DNA of 64,000 nt from an uncultured candidate division Zixibacteria bacterium (GCA_963713865.1 OY970208.1:2464001-2528000), one strand, 5' to 3'. Positions 20,811-31,768 are shown, numbered from the stretch's first letter. A program made the numbers and translations. Notes: a model not told the origin generated them from the sequence alone.

Positions 20811-22328
20811 TTAGCTTTCCTGTTCGGTAGCCTTTGCCCTTTCCTCATAAGACATATCTGCCAGGCGTTTAACTTCGTTCACATCAAGGCCCAATCCTTC
20901 CGCTACGCGACGGCCATAATCCTGGTCCGCTTTATAAAACAAAGCTGTCTGGCGAAATTGAATGCGTTTTTTCGCCTTGCCCAGGTGGTCCACTATGTTG
21001 CCGATCAGGTGATCCCGGTCCTCATCCTGCATAACTTTGCGATAGAGGTTTCCAGGTTGAACAAAGTCATCATTAGGAAAATTAAAGGGGAAACGCCCCG
21101 CCTGGCCTGAAAGTTCAAAAGGAGGTTCGCCTGTTGCGGGATCCGGCCCGGGGCCGTCAAAACTGTTGGGCCAGTAATTGGGTCCACCCCCTCCGTTGGC
21201 GTCAACACGCATGAAACCGTCACGCTGGTAATTGTTTTCCAAAGCGCATTTAGGCGCATTGACTGGAATAAGATGATAATTAGGACCCAGTCTATGAAGG
21301 TGCGTATCATGGTAAGAAAAAACCCTTGCTTGCAGCATCTTATCCGGTGAAACGGCGATTCCCGGGACTACGTTTCCCGGGCAAAAAGCCGCCTGCTCTA
21401 CTTCTGCAAAATAGTTGACGGGGTTACGGTTTAAAACCAGCTTACCAATTTTGACGGGTGGGACTTCTTTATGCGGCCACACTTTAGTGATGTCAAAGAT
21501 ATCCCAGGGGAAATCCTTGGCTTTCTCTGGTGTTAGAATCTGCATCTCCAGCGTCCAGGAAGGATAGTCACCTCGTTCGATAGCATTATACAGATCACGG
21601 GTGGCGTGATCCGGATCTTCCCCGCAGAGCCTCTTCGATTCCTGGCGGGTCAGATTCTTGATACCCTGATCTGTCTTGAAATGGTATTGTACCCAGAAAT
21701 ACTCCCCCTTATCATTGTACCATTTGAAGGTGTGGCTACTATAACCGTTCATATGCCGGTAAGCGGCCGGTGTTCCCCTGTCGGAGAAAAGAATGGTAAC
21801 TTGATGAACGGATTCGGGAGTAAGAGACAGAAAGTCCCAAAACATGTCCGGATCAGGCAGATTGGTTGCGGGGCGCCTTTTCTGGGTGTGGATGAAGTCG
21901 GGGAACTTAAGTGGATCCCGGATAAAAAATACCGGCGTGTTGTTGCCCACGAGGTCATAATTGCCTTCTTCAGTGTAGAATTTCAATGCAAAGCCGCGTG
22001 GGTCCCGTGCAGCATCGGCTGAGCCCCTTTCACCACCAACGGTGGAAAAGCGAGCGAAGACTTCCGTGCGCTTTCCCACTTTTGAAAGAAACTTGGCTTT
22101 GGTGTACCTGGTCACATCGGCAGTAACTTCGAAATAACCAAATGCTCCAGCTCCTTTTGCATGCACGACACGTTCGGGAATTCGCTCACGGTCGAAGTGG
22201 GCTAATTTTTCCAGCAAATGGGCATCCTGCATGAGTACAGGTCCACGTTCACCGGCTGTCATGCTGTTCTGGTCGTCAGCCACAGGGATTCCAAAAGCTG
22301 TGGTTAGTCTTTTTTTCTCTTCTTTCAT
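20811..22328 (-). CDS. katA: Monofunctional heme catalase (small subunit)
   Basis: [47 protein letters not shown]. Confidence 0.95.
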   Translation of the reverse strand: MKEEKKRLTTAFGIPVADDQNSMTAGERGPVLMQDAHLLEKLAHFDRERIPERVVHAKGAGAFGYFEVTADVTRYTKAKFLSKVGKRTEVFARFSTVGGERGSADAARDPRGFALKFYTEEGNYDLVGNNTPVFFIRDPLKFPDFIHTQKRRPATNLPDPDMFWDFLSLTPESVHQVTILFSDRGTPAAYRHMNGYSSHTFKWYNDKGEYFWVQYHFKTDQGIKNLTRQESKRLCGEDPDHATRDLYNAIERGDYPSWTLEMQILTPEKAKDFPWDIFDITKVWPHKEVPPVKIGKLVLNRNPVNYFAEVEQAAFCPGNVVPGIAVSPDKMLQARVFSYHDTHLHRLGPNYHLIPVNAPKCALENNYQRDGFMRVDANGGGGPNYWPNSFDGPGPDPATGEPPFELSGQAGRFPFNFPNDDFVQPGNLYRKVMQDEDRDHLIGNIVDHLGKAKKRIQFRQTALFYKADQDYGRRVAEGLGLDVNEVKRLADMSYEERAKATEQES

Positions 22329-22364
22329 GGCTTACCTCCTTCCTGTAATTATGAATCCATAGCT

Positions 22365-22607
22365 ATATAACATAGGTTTATCTGTACTAATAAAATTACA
22401 ATTACGGCTATTTCTGACCATAAAAACCTTTTTGCTAACTTATAATTTTATTTAATCATTTACTTTATTTACAAGCAGTAAGATAATAAATTTCTAATAA
22501 ACTTACCCTCTTTTATACGGCTAAAAGAAACCGCATAAAATGAAAATTAAAATAAATCTGAAAAAAAGATAACTTTCCTTTTTCAGGTATGCAAGTAAAA
22601 CTTTTCC
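22365..22607 (-). repeat. Array spacer copy 4: attI-like platform
   Basis: Aligns with copies 1 and 2; core GTTATAT. Confidence 0.85.
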
Positions 22608-22714
22608 CTCCCTAAATTAAGCAGCCACCCTTGATGTGTTGTCAAGTGTCACTACCTGACAGCCATAAGTACTTGACGTCAGGAGGTAACTCCTGACGCC
22701 ACAATTCAACAATA

Positions 22715-23224
22715 TTATTTTTGCCTTTTTCCTTCCGCATCGAACCATTCACTGTCTGGACATACCGGCTCAGCCTGGTTTCTCCTCACATTATCTCCCT
22801 GGATGGAAGCCATTATGAAATTCTCCGGAGGAACTGGTGAACCGAAAAGACGGCGCAACATAGCCAGCTGTCCCGCGTGTGACATAGCATCTGAGAAGGG
22901 TCCCTGAAGCATCCTTTCAGGAGTAGTGCCCTGGAATGGCGTTCCCTGTTCCAGATGTGTCCTGAGACTATCAAGTATCCTGTGAAACTCCTCGATTTCC
23001 AGATTAAAGTTGTCTTTGATCTCAGGTCTGAACTTTCCTCCAACAAAAAACGTCCTGGCGTATCCCAGAACATTGGTCATATGAAAAACTATTTGATGAG
23101 GCGTCCTGACACCAGGAGCGGCACGGAAACTCGCAAATTCAGGCGGAGCATCCCTGAGGGCTTTTTGCGCTCGATAAGCTATTGCCCCAAGAAAGTGGCG
23201 AAGTATCATTCTTTTATCATCCAT
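22715..23224 (-). CDS. DinB/YfiT-like hypothetical protein
   Basis: Helical pattern with RTPHQIVFHM and SHAGQLAMLRRLFG. Confidence 0.6.
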   Translation of the reverse strand: MDDKRMILRHFLGAIAYRAQKALRDAPPEFASFRAAPGVRTPHQIVFHMTNVLGYARTFFVGGKFRPEIKDNFNLEIEEFHRILDSLRTHLEQGTPFQGTTPERMLQGPFSDAMSHAGQLAMLRRLFGSPVPPENFIMASIQGDNVRRNQAEPVCPDSEWFDAEGKRQK

Positions 23225-23557
23225 ACAAGCTCACCTTTTGGCAGTATAATAAAAGTTTCTCTAATCTTGCAAGAGAAATTCCTATGTCTGGTCAAGGGAA
23301 ATGATTGGCATGTGTACAAAACAATTTCCCTCCCTCGATGGGAGGGAATAAAAGGGAGGGTGTTAACATTATTTTATTACCCTCTCCCCCGCCTCTGGCG
23401 GGATTTTCAACCTATCCCTCTCCCATTAAGGGAGAGGGAACTAAAAAAAATATCCCACCCCGCTTCTGGCGGGATGGGATACCAAAATCGCAAGGAGATC
23501 CACTTGGATGTCCCTGCAATTATTTGGACAGGACACTGTCCTGTCCCTACAAAAAGA

Positions 23558-24652
23558 TTATTTTATATCAAACTTAATATTTATCTCCTGAGACAACTTC
23601 TCCAGCTGGCCATAGACTTTGTCCTGCAAGGGCAACCCGTTTTTCTTATAATAATCCCATTTCTCAAATTCCTTTTCTCCGTGGATATAAATTCTTTTTT
23701 CTCCTTCGGCTTTATTGGCGCTTTTCAGCTCGTTGATCATCCTGTCCATCATTTTTTTGAATGTATCCAGTGGAATGAAATTATCTATCTTTATCGCTCC
23801 AAAGAAATGCCCTACATTGGAGAATTTCTGGGAAGGGTCTCTTTTGGAATCGACATAAGGTCCGTATGCTGCTCCGGAGAGTATTCCGGAGAAGATATCT
23901 ACCAGGACCGAAAGCCCATATCCTTTATGCCCGCTGAACTCCTCGCCGGCTCCGCCTAAAGGAAGAACTCCGCCTCCTGCGGCTTTGGTCATATTGTCCA
24001 GAACCTTTTTGGTATCAGTTGTGGGAACGCCCTTTTCGTCCACTGCCCAGCCCAAGGGAAGAGGTTTTCCCAGACGGTCCAGGACCTCTAATTTTCCCCT
24101 CGGAACCACAGTGGTTGCCATATCCAGTACAAAAGGTCTTTCTTTTGCGGTGGGGAAGACCACGCTGATCGGATTGGTGCCGATGATCATATCCCGGCTG
24201 AAAGTGGGAACACCCAATGGAGCTGAGTTGGTCATAGAAATCCCGCAGAGATTTTCTTTTATCGCCATCATCGAATAATATCCGGCAATTCCAAAATGAT
24301 TGGAATTTCCAACGGTAACCAGGCCTACTCCTGCTTTTTTGGCTTTATCGATAGCCAATTTCATTCCAAAAAGCCCGGCTGGCTGGCCTAAACCGTTTTC
24401 TCCGCTCACTGCTGCAGTGGTGGGAGTTTCTTTTATGATCTTGGGCTTGACTTTGGGTAGTATCTTCCCGTTTTTGATCCCGTTGACGTATCTCATCAGG
24501 CGGGCAACTCCGTGTGAGGGGATAGCCCTGAGGTCTGCCTGGACCAGATTATCTGCAGTTACCTCTGCATCTTCTTTGGTTACTCCCAAGTCGATGAATA
24601 CCTGAGTACAAAAGCTGCTCAGCTTTTTATCATTGACCAGTATGTCTGCCAT
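23558..24652 (-). CDS. Ldh_2 family (malate/L-lactate/ureidoglycolate dehydrogenase-like) oxidoreductase
   Basis: SHGVARL, NHFGIAGYY, GTNPIS, LDMATT, GHKGYGL. Confidence 0.85.
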   Translation of the reverse strand: MADILVNDKKLSSFCTQVFIDLGVTKEDAEVTADNLVQADLRAIPSHGVARLMRYVNGIKNGKILPKVKPKIIKETPTTAAVSGENGLGQPAGLFGMKLAIDKAKKAGVGLVTVGNSNHFGIAGYYSMMAIKENLCGISMTNSAPLGVPTFSRDMIIGTNPISVVFPTAKERPFVLDMATTVVPRGKLEVLDRLGKPLPLGWAVDEKGVPTTDTKKVLDNMTKAAGGGVLPLGGAGEEFSGHKGYGLSVLVDIFSGILSGAAYGPYVDSKRDPSQKFSNVGHFFGAIKIDNFIPLDTFKKMMDRMINELKSANKAEGEKRIYIHGEKEFEKWDYYKKNGLPLQDKVYGQLEKLSQEINIKFDIK

Positions 24653-24692
24653 TCTTACTCCTTTTTTAAAAGTTTATTTCTTCCTGAACGGA

Positions 24693-25961
24693 TCAATTCT
24701 GGACCATACAAGGATAAATCAATCCTCCCTGTGGCATAATGTAAGCTTTGAAATCCTCCCCGTGCCTGGTTTTAATCTTATCCAGTGCATCTTCCAGGTT
24801 TTCCGCATATTTGAAGAGCCTTTTCTCTAAGAAATCTTTTTTCATAGAGGAGATAACGTAAACCTGATAATTCTTAAGAGTTTTGGAGTTAATCACTGCG
24901 GTGTGACCACCAACCACAATGTCTTTTTCCCTGGTATTCAAAAGCTCATCACAACAGGAAGCATTTGCCAGCCATTTATCAAAGGTATCTGAGCCGATCC
25001 CCTCCCTGGATTCGGTAAGCATCACTACGGTTCCTCCCTCTTTTACCACCTCTTTGGCGTTGTTCATTGTCTTCATAGTTTGATAAAGATTGACGTCCTT
25101 GGGATAACCTCCGGCACTGGCTATAACCGCATCGGCTAAGCAATCGATTTTTACTTTATAAAGCTGATTGCAGGCAGCCACCCCGGCCAGGAAAGCTTCT
25201 TTTAAATCTCCAGCTACTATCTTTACTATTTCCTTTTTATCGTTTATCACCACATTTAGCAGAAAATCTACTCCCGCCCTACGGGCGGCTTCTTCCATTT
25301 CCAGATTTATCGGGTTATCATTAAGCCTGGCAATCCCCACTCCCGGCCTGCATACCATAGCATGGTTTGCCCGGATGGTTTCTCTACCCGCTACTCCAGG
25401 CAGAATCCCTTTTCTACCGCCGGAATACCCTCCGAAATAATGAGTGGTGATAAGTCCGGTCATCACCACTAAGTCAGATTCCTTGATCAGTTTATTTACC
25501 AAAAGCTCGTTCCCGGTAGAAAGATTACCGAAAGATACAAGATCTTTGTCACATTCATGGCTTATCAATTCATAGTTATCAACTATCTCATCCCCGAAAT
25601 TATCCCGATTTTCCTTGTCAGTGTGGGGTCGGTGCGCTCCGGTTCCCACTAAAAAACTGATATCCTCATTTTTTATTCCACCAGCATTTAATTCCTCAAG
25701 AATGGGGATAAGAAAATTATACCCTGGTCGTTTGTAAGGGGTGCCACGGGTGAAATCGCTTACCACAATAACTGCTGTCTTCTTCCTTTTGGCTAATTCG
25801 CTTAATCTTTTACTTTTGATTGGATTCTGTAATGCCTGGATAGCTGACTGGTTAACGTCTGAAAGACCCGGAACTTTTTCCAATTCTAAGACTTTAAGAA
25901 GGTTTTTATCTTGAAGATTTAACTCTTTATAACCATCGCCGTATTTTAGGTTTATTTTCAT
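24693..25961 (-). CDS. larA: LarA-family nickel-pincer-dependent lactate/2-hydroxyacid racemase
   Basis: SDFTR, GTGAHR, HYFGGYSGGRKGILPG, GGYPKDVNLYQTMK. Confidence 0.8.
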   Translation of the reverse strand: MKINLKYGDGYKELNLQDKNLLKVLELEKVPGLSDVNQSAIQALQNPIKSKRLSELAKRKKTAVIVVSDFTRGTPYKRPGYNFLIPILEELNAGGIKNEDISFLVGTGAHRPHTDKENRDNFGDEIVDNYELISHECDKDLVSFGNLSTGNELLVNKLIKESDLVVMTGLITTHYFGGYSGGRKGILPGVAGRETIRANHAMVCRPGVGIARLNDNPINLEMEEAARRAGVDFLLNVVINDKKEIVKIVAGDLKEAFLAGVAACNQLYKVKIDCLADAVIASAGGYPKDVNLYQTMKTMNNAKEVVKEGGTVVMLTESREGIGSDTFDKWLANASCCDELLNTREKDIVVGGHTAVINSKTLKNYQVYVISSMKKDFLEKRLFKYAENLEDALDKIKTRHGEDFKAYIMPQGGLIYPCMVQN

Positions 25962-26250
25962 AAATTTTCCTCGTTTCTACTATTAATACGCAGATGCGAA
26001 ATAAAATATATCAAAGCCGTTTTCAGGAAGCAAGGGTTTTTTGTGAAATTTTTAACAAAGTTATTTATCCTGCAGTGCGAGACGATGAATGGTAAATGAC
26101 GGATATCGGATGGTTATTCTTTTATAGGGGAGGGGATTGTTGAGCTTTGCAAAATCGCACTTTGCGGTGGTTCCTTCCCGTTTTTTCGGGCTACCCTACA
26201 TATTTCCCTAATCCGGTAAACCCACGTTGCCCTAAAGTGGGTTAATTCTT

Positions 26251-26478
26251 TTATCTCCTGAAAAATATATTAAACAAAATAAAAAGCAGGGAAAGAATCA
26301 GGCTGATCAAAACAGAGGAAGCTAAGGGAAAGTAAAACGAAAAATTTTTCTTTTGAATATAAACATCTCCGGGAAGTTTTCCGAAGAATGGCAATTTTCC
26401 AAAAAGGAGCATAGCGCCACCTAAAAGGACTAAAATTACACCAAATAGAATTATTAACTTGCTCAAATTAGTAATCAT
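26251..26478 (-). CDS. DUF2905-family small membrane protein
   Basis: GKLPGD...FYFPLASS motif. Confidence 0.8.
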   Translation of the reverse strand: MITNLSKLIILFGVILVLLGGAMLLFGKLPFFGKLPGDVYIQKKNFSFYFPLASSVLISLILSLLFILFNIFFRR

Positions 26479-26557
26479 TTCCCTTTGAACTCTTAAACTT
26501 TCGAACTTTTAAACATTTTCAAAAGGCCGCATCCCCAAAGGAATTTACCAGCATAGG

Positions 26558-27304
26558 CTATTTTTTGCCAATTACTCTATAATTTAACCCCAGAGACATG
26601 GCGTTCTCACTAATCCCTTCGCTTGAGCCTAATCTTCCCGCTAAATCCAGATGCCAGTTCCTGAATAATTTGAAACTGGTCTTTGCTACCAGTCCCGCAG
26701 CATCATATGGTCCACCACTTAATCCTATCCACCAAGTAGAAGATTTAATTCCAAATCCCATACCCATATTAGCATAACCACCGCCAGAATAGAGCGGAAC
26801 GTTTTCCAATACACTCACAGAAAAATATAACTTTTTAGTGCCGAGACGGATGTGCCCGCTGGGAAAGGTCTCTCCCCCTTTCTCATCTTCAGAGACATCT
26901 AAGGTCTTCTGTGCAAAAAAAGGACCCGTCCCAATCCCAAACCCTTTCCACTCCAGAGAAAAATCAGGATTAAAATAGAAATTCGTCCTATCTTTAAATA
27001 GATAGGCATCATAATCATCAAGATATACTCTGGATACAGGTGTTTTATCTGAGATATAACCGCTTCTCAAGCCGATTTTGACCGGTGATTTAAACTTATG
27101 GTCAACCGAGAAACCAAAGTCATTAAATGGGATTTTATCTTTGGTAAGCACCTGCCCCTCACAACCGCGAGTAACATAGGCATAAGATCCTAAACCACCA
27201 GCGATTTTCAAATTAGTTTCAGTGCTGTCCTTCCCATCATTCTCTACCCCTATCAATAAAGGTAGGACAGCAAAGAAGCTTAATATTCTTGTGATTTTTC
27301 TCAT
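26558..27304 (-). CDS. Hypothetical exported protein, possibly outer-membrane beta-barrel
   Basis: N-terminal hydrophobic segment; Gly/aromatic alternating strands ending SLGLNYR. Confidence 0.55.
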   Translation of the reverse strand: MRKITRILSFFAVLPLLIGVENDGKDSTETNLKIAGGLGSYAYVTRGCEGQVLTKDKIPFNDFGFSVDHKFKSPVKIGLRSGYISDKTPVSRVYLDDYDAYLFKDRTNFYFNPDFSLEWKGFGIGTGPFFAQKTLDVSEDEKGGETFPSGHIRLGTKKLYFSVSVLENVPLYSGGGYANMGMGFGIKSSTWWIGLSGGPYDAAGLVAKTSFKLFRNWHLDLAGRLGSSEGISENAMSLGLNYRVIGKK

Positions 27305-27457
27305 CTAAACCTCATTTTTTATAGAGTTGCCGAGCAAGGTTGAAGCCTTGCTCTATCTCATCTGGCACGGTAATTCCAATTCCCGTATCAACAAAGAACC
27401 AACCAAAGATTCTTCGCCCCTACGGGGACTCAGAATGACATTATAAAAGCAACCCAA

Positions 27458-28027
27458 TCATTTCCCCTTTGAACTTTTGAACCCTTGAACCTTTGAACCT
27501 TTTTTCTCATATCTTTCCTTCTCACTGAAAATACACCCGCAATACTTCTGACGATATAAATTCAATTCCTTAGCCATATTTTTACCTTCGTAATACCCTG
27601 GTCTTAAATCCTCATAGAAGAATTTTATATCATATTTTTTGGCCAGCTCTTCTCCAATTTCATTTATCAGCTCATGCTTTTGAGTAGGGCTGACTAAAAG
27701 GGTGGTTGAAAAAGCCTCAAACCCCTTTTCTTTAGCTACCCGGGCAGTTCTCTCTAATCTTAACTGGTAACAGAATCGACAACGGTCTTCTAAATGAGGC
27801 ATAACTGCCTGAAGATATTCTACCAGATCATAAGAATCCTCATAGATTATTGGAAAAACTTTAGCCCATTCTAAATATCCTGCCGCCTCTAACCTGTTCT
27901 GATATTCAGTGTAGGGGTGAATATTAGGATTATACCAGAAACCAGTAAGTTTGTGACCTTTTTCAGTTAATCTTTTTAGAGGATAGGTCAGGCAGGGACC
28001 ACAGCAGACATGAATCAGAATCTCCAT
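27458..28027 (-). CDS. queH: Epoxyqueuosine reductase QueH
   Basis: LIHVCCGPC, YNPNIHP, RCRFCY, FSTTLLVSP, YRQKYCGCIFS; start moved to 28027 because the upstream ORF extension is a REP. Confidence 0.9.
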   Translation of the reverse strand: MEILIHVCCGPCLTYPLKRLTEKGHKLTGFWYNPNIHPYTEYQNRLEAAGYLEWAKVFPIIYEDSYDLVEYLQAVMPHLEDRCRFCYQLRLERTARVAKEKGFEAFSTTLLVSPTQKHELINEIGEELAKKYDIKFFYEDLRPGYYEGKNMAKELNLYRQKYCGCIFSEKERYEKKGSKVQGFKSSKGK

Positions 28028-28109
28028 AGATCTCTCGATAGTAGGTCGGGCTGTCCCGCCTTTGGCGGGACTACCCGACAAAACTTATGGTGGTTAGCTC
28101 ACCTGACTT

Positions 28110-29129
28110 TTAAAATAGCTCGTTCTGGGGCTTTGATTCTCGTTTTATCTCTAAATGCTGGTAAGCTGAATCGGTAGCGACTCTCCCTCGAGGTGTTCGA
28201 GCTAATAGACCTTCCGTAATTAAAAATGGCTCGTATATTTCTTCAATCGTATCCTCTTCCTCTCCCACTGCTACTGCTATAGTATTTATGCCTACTGGTC
28301 CACCTTTAAATTTATGTATAATCACTTCTAATATCCGCTTATCCATCTCATCTAAACCCAATTCATCCACATCTAACATCTTTAAAGCTTCGATCGCCAC
28401 TTTGCGGTCTATCTTCCCCTTAGCTTTCACCTGTGCATAATCCCGGACTCTCCTAAGAAGACGATTAGCCACCCGGGGAGTTCCTCTGGACCTTTTGGCA
28501 ATTTCTAAAGCCCCTTCATCTGTGATAAAAATATTTAATATCTTAGCTGAACGGTGAACGATTTTAAACAGGTCGTCCGGTATATAAAAATCTAAGCGGT
28601 TTACCAGTCCGAACCTGGACCTTAAAGGAGAGGTTAGAAGCCCTGCTCGGGTTGTGGCACCGATAAGGGTAAACTGATTCAGATTTATCTTTACCGATCT
28701 GGCAGAAGGACCTTTTTCTATCATTATATCCAAGGTGAAATCCTCCATAGCTGGATATAGATATTCCTCTACTATATGACTCAGCCGGTGAATTTCATCG
28801 ATAAATAGAACTTCTCCTTTTTGCAGATTGGTCAGAATCCCGGCTAAATCAGCCGGTTTATCTAAAATGGGACCGGAAGTAGATTTTATATTAGTCCCCA
28901 TCTCTTTGGCAATGATAAAAGCCAGGGTAGTTTTCCCCAGTCCTGGAGGACCATAGAAAAGGGTATGCTCTAAAGACTCTTTCCTTTTCTTGGCCGCTTG
29001 AATAAAAATCTTCAGGTTTTCTTTAACCTTATCCTGCCCCACGAATTCATCAAAGCGACAAGGGCGTAAAGTTAAATCAAGTTCTAACTCTTCAGTTAAC
29101 ACCTGCGGTGAAGTTATTCTTTCTGCCAT
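28110..29129 (-). CDS. ruvB: Holliday junction branch-migration helicase RuvB
   Basis: [29 protein letters not shown]. Confidence 0.97.
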   Translation of the reverse strand: MAERITSPQVLTEELELDLTLRPCRFDEFVGQDKVKENLKIFIQAAKKRKESLEHTLFYGPPGLGKTTLAFIIAKEMGTNIKSTSGPILDKPADLAGILTNLQKGEVLFIDEIHRLSHIVEEYLYPAMEDFTLDIMIEKGPSARSVKINLNQFTLIGATTRAGLLTSPLRSRFGLVNRLDFYIPDDLFKIVHRSAKILNIFITDEGALEIAKRSRGTPRVANRLLRRVRDYAQVKAKGKIDRKVAIEALKMLDVDELGLDEMDKRILEVIIHKFKGGPVGINTIAVAVGEEEDTIEEIYEPFLITEGLLARTPRGRVATDSAYQHLEIKRESKPQNELF

Positions 29130-29209
29130 AATCTCTCAAATTAGTAGACAGTAGGTAGTAGACAGTAAACAGGGCAACCCATCCTCTTTCCCTGTCTACT
29201 GTATGCTGT

Positions 29210-29821
29210 CTACTGTCTACTGTTTACTTGCTTTAACGCTCTTTTAATCAACTCTTCTACCGATAGCTTCTCTTTTGCCCCTTCTTTCCCTTTCTCGATA
29301 GCCTTCTTTGCCTCGTAACGATTATACCCTAAGGAGAACAGGGCTAAGATAGCTTCCTGTTCGATCTGTGAATCTTCCCTATCTTTTATTTTTATCTTTA
29401 AATCTTTTTTCAAATCTAATTTCTCTAATTTTTCCTTTAGTTCTACTATCAATCTCTGGGCAGTTTTTCTGCCAATCCCGGGGATATTGGTGAGAAAATC
29501 TATCTGTTCATCCATTATTGCCCGGTGAAAATCTTCAACTGATATAAAGGATAAAATCCCTAACCCGGTTTTTGGACCTATTCCGTTAACCGAAAGCAGA
29601 GTCTCGAAAAGCCATTTCTCTCCCGTAGTGAAAAACCCATAAAGCTGAAGGCAATCCTCCCTTACATAATAATAGGTAAGAATCTTCACCTTTGAGCCGA
29701 TCTCACCTATCCTCTCAAAAGTGGAGATGGGGATATTAACGCTATATCCCACCCCCTGCACATCTAAGATCAGCTGGGTGGGATTTTTCTCCACCAGTTT
29801 TCCTTCCAAATATGCTATCAA
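29210..29821 (-). CDS. ruvA: Holliday junction branch-migration protein RuvA
   Basis: MIAYLEG, GVGY, LYGF, GIGPK, PGIGRKTAQR; TTG start. Confidence 0.95.
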   Translation of the reverse strand: MIAYLEGKLVEKNPTQLILDVQGVGYSVNIPISTFERIGEIGSKVKILTYYYVREDCLQLYGFFTTGEKWLFETLLSVNGIGPKTGLGILSFISVEDFHRAIMDEQIDFLTNIPGIGRKTAQRLIVELKEKLEKLDLKKDLKIKIKDREDSQIEQEAILALFSLGYNRYEAKKAIEKGKEGAKEKLSVEELIKRALKQVNSRQ

Positions 29822-29833
29822 GTTTCTCTTGTC

Positions 29834-30361
29834 CTATGGATCCGTTTCCCGGATCATCTCTTTTAAGCGTTTTTTACTCTTCAATTTATTCAGATGACAT
29901 AAGGCGATTGCCAGAGCATCGGTAGCGTCTAAAGGTTCAGGTGTTTTTTTCAACTGCAACATATTTTTCACCATATACTGCACCTGCATCTTAGAGGCTC
30001 CTCCAGTTCCAGTGATGGAAGATTTAATCTCCCTGGGCGAATATTCAGCTACCGGTATCTTTGCCTGAGCACCAGCCAGTAATGCCACACCTCTTATCTC
30101 ACCCATAACCAGGGCCGACCTGGCATTCTTGCTGTAAAAAGCTTCCTCTACTGCTAATTCATCCGGTTTTCTTTTATCAATTATCTCTTTAATTCCCGAA
30201 TAAATCTCTTTCAGTCTCTGGGGTAACTGCTTTTTAGAGGATACTTTAATAGTGCCATAATCAACCAGCACTGCTCTGTTATGATTATCTTTTATGATCC
30301 CATATCCGGTTACCGTGCTTCCCGGATCTATCCCCAAGATAATTAAATTATCTTTACCCAA
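29834..30361 (-). CDS. ruvC: Crossover junction endodeoxyribonuclease RuvC
   Basis: ILGIDPG, EYSP, DATDALAIALCH. Confidence 0.95.
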   Translation of the reverse strand: MGKDNLIILGIDPGSTVTGYGIIKDNHNRAVLVDYGTIKVSSKKQLPQRLKEIYSGIKEIIDKRKPDELAVEEAFYSKNARSALVMGEIRGVALLAGAQAKIPVAEYSPREIKSSITGTGGASKMQVQYMVKNMLQLKKTPEPLDATDALAIALCHLNKLKSKKRLKEMIRETDP

Positions 30362-30396
30362 AGATCAAACTCCATTCTCCTGAAGAATCAGTTAAA

Positions 30397-31146
30397 TTAC
30401 GCGCTCATCTTCATCATAATCTCTTCAGCGATATCGAAGTTAGCATAGACCTTCAGCACATCCTCATGGTCTTCTAAACCTTCCATCAATTTAAGCATCT
30501 GCTCAGCTTCTTTTCCTTCTAACTTCACGAAGGTCTGCGGAAGCATGGTTAATTCTGCACTGGAATAGGCGATTTTATTCTGGTCTAAAGCCTTTCTGAC
30601 TTCCTCGAACATATTAAAAGGGGTTACTATCTCATAATATCCCTGCTCAGACCGCATATCAATAGCCCCAGCCTCCAACACGATCTCCATCAGTTTGTCC
30701 TCATCTGCCTTCCCTTTCTCCACATTGATCAAACCTCTTTTTTCAAACATCCAGCCCACACATCCAGCCTCGCCCAAGTTCCCGTTATTCCGGGTAAAAA
30801 TATGCCTGATCTCAGAGACAGATCGATTTTTATTATCCGTGGTTACTTCGACTAAAACCGCTACTCCACCCGGTCCATACCCCTCATAGTTTACCTCCTC
30901 ATAGGTAACCCCCGGAAGCTCTCCTGTCCCTTTCTTTATCGCCCTGTCAATATTAGAAGCTGGCATATTAGCCGCTTTAGCGGCTAAGATCGCAGTTCTC
31001 AAGCGGGGATTTCCATTTGGATCACCTCCGCCATGCCGGGCGGCAACAGTTAGCTCTTTAATGAGCTTAGTGAAGACTTTACCTCTTTCCGCATCGGTTT
31101 TTTCTTTCTTTCTTTTTATGGTTGCCCATTTCGAATGACCGGACAT
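30397..31146 (-). CDS. yebC: YebC/PmpR family protein
   Basis: [25 protein letters not shown]. Confidence 0.95.
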   Translation of the reverse strand: MSGHSKWATIKRKKEKTDAERGKVFTKLIKELTVAARHGGGDPNGNPRLRTAILAAKAANMPASNIDRAIKKGTGELPGVTYEEVNYEGYGPGGVAVLVEVTTDNKNRSVSEIRHIFTRNNGNLGEAGCVGWMFEKRGLINVEKGKADEDKLMEIVLEAGAIDMRSEQGYYEIVTPFNMFEEVRKALDQNKIAYSSAELTMLPQTFVKLEGKEAEQMLKLMEGLEDHEDVLKVYANFDIAEEIMMKMSA

Positions 31147-31768
31147 ATTTCTAATCCTCCTTTTCTATCCTCTTCAACGGATTCATTTCAAGATAGGTGC
31201 ATTACCGGATCCGCTTCTTGGATTTAAGAAAATCTATTTCTTTTTATAATAAATAGAATCTCTCAAAAAAGGCAATAGAAATTTGAATTGACCCCAAATA
31301 AAAAAATTAGGTCGGGTAGCTCACCTAATGTTTGGAACCCGGCCTACTCCTCTGGTAGGGGCAATTTCCAGATGGATCCAAATGGACATGAATTGTCCCT
31401 ACACTTTTTCTGCTCCGTCAGGAGCTACTCCTGACGTCCGACCTGTGTTATATGAAAAGCTTCTGACACAACGATTGAAAAACTATAGGAGCGTATTGTC
31501 ATACCCTCCACGCATTACACACTTAATCAGTGCCTTTCAAGTCTCCTGACCTGGCAAACCAAAACTCTGTCGTAAGGTCGGGGGACCTGACGGATACAGC
31601 CTCACCTCTGCGACTTCTTCCGTTGCCACAGGAGTGGCAACGCTACCATCTCCTTAAATAAATGTAGCGGAAGGCTTTAACCTTCCATGTTTTCTTTTCA
31701 ACCTTTGAACCTTTAAACATTTGAACTATATTCTTTATGGAGGTCTAAAGACCTCCTCTTCATAAATA

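Noticed and set aside
18697-22607. CRISPR array or classical attC array as explanation for the recurring repeat
   Set aside because: Units are ~240 bp and separated by whole genes, no cas genes are present, and the repeat lacks the end-to-end inverted symmetry of attC
22955-23959. 334-aa plus-strand ORF
   Set aside because: Antisense to two supported genes and runs through palindromic repeats; no recognisable motifs
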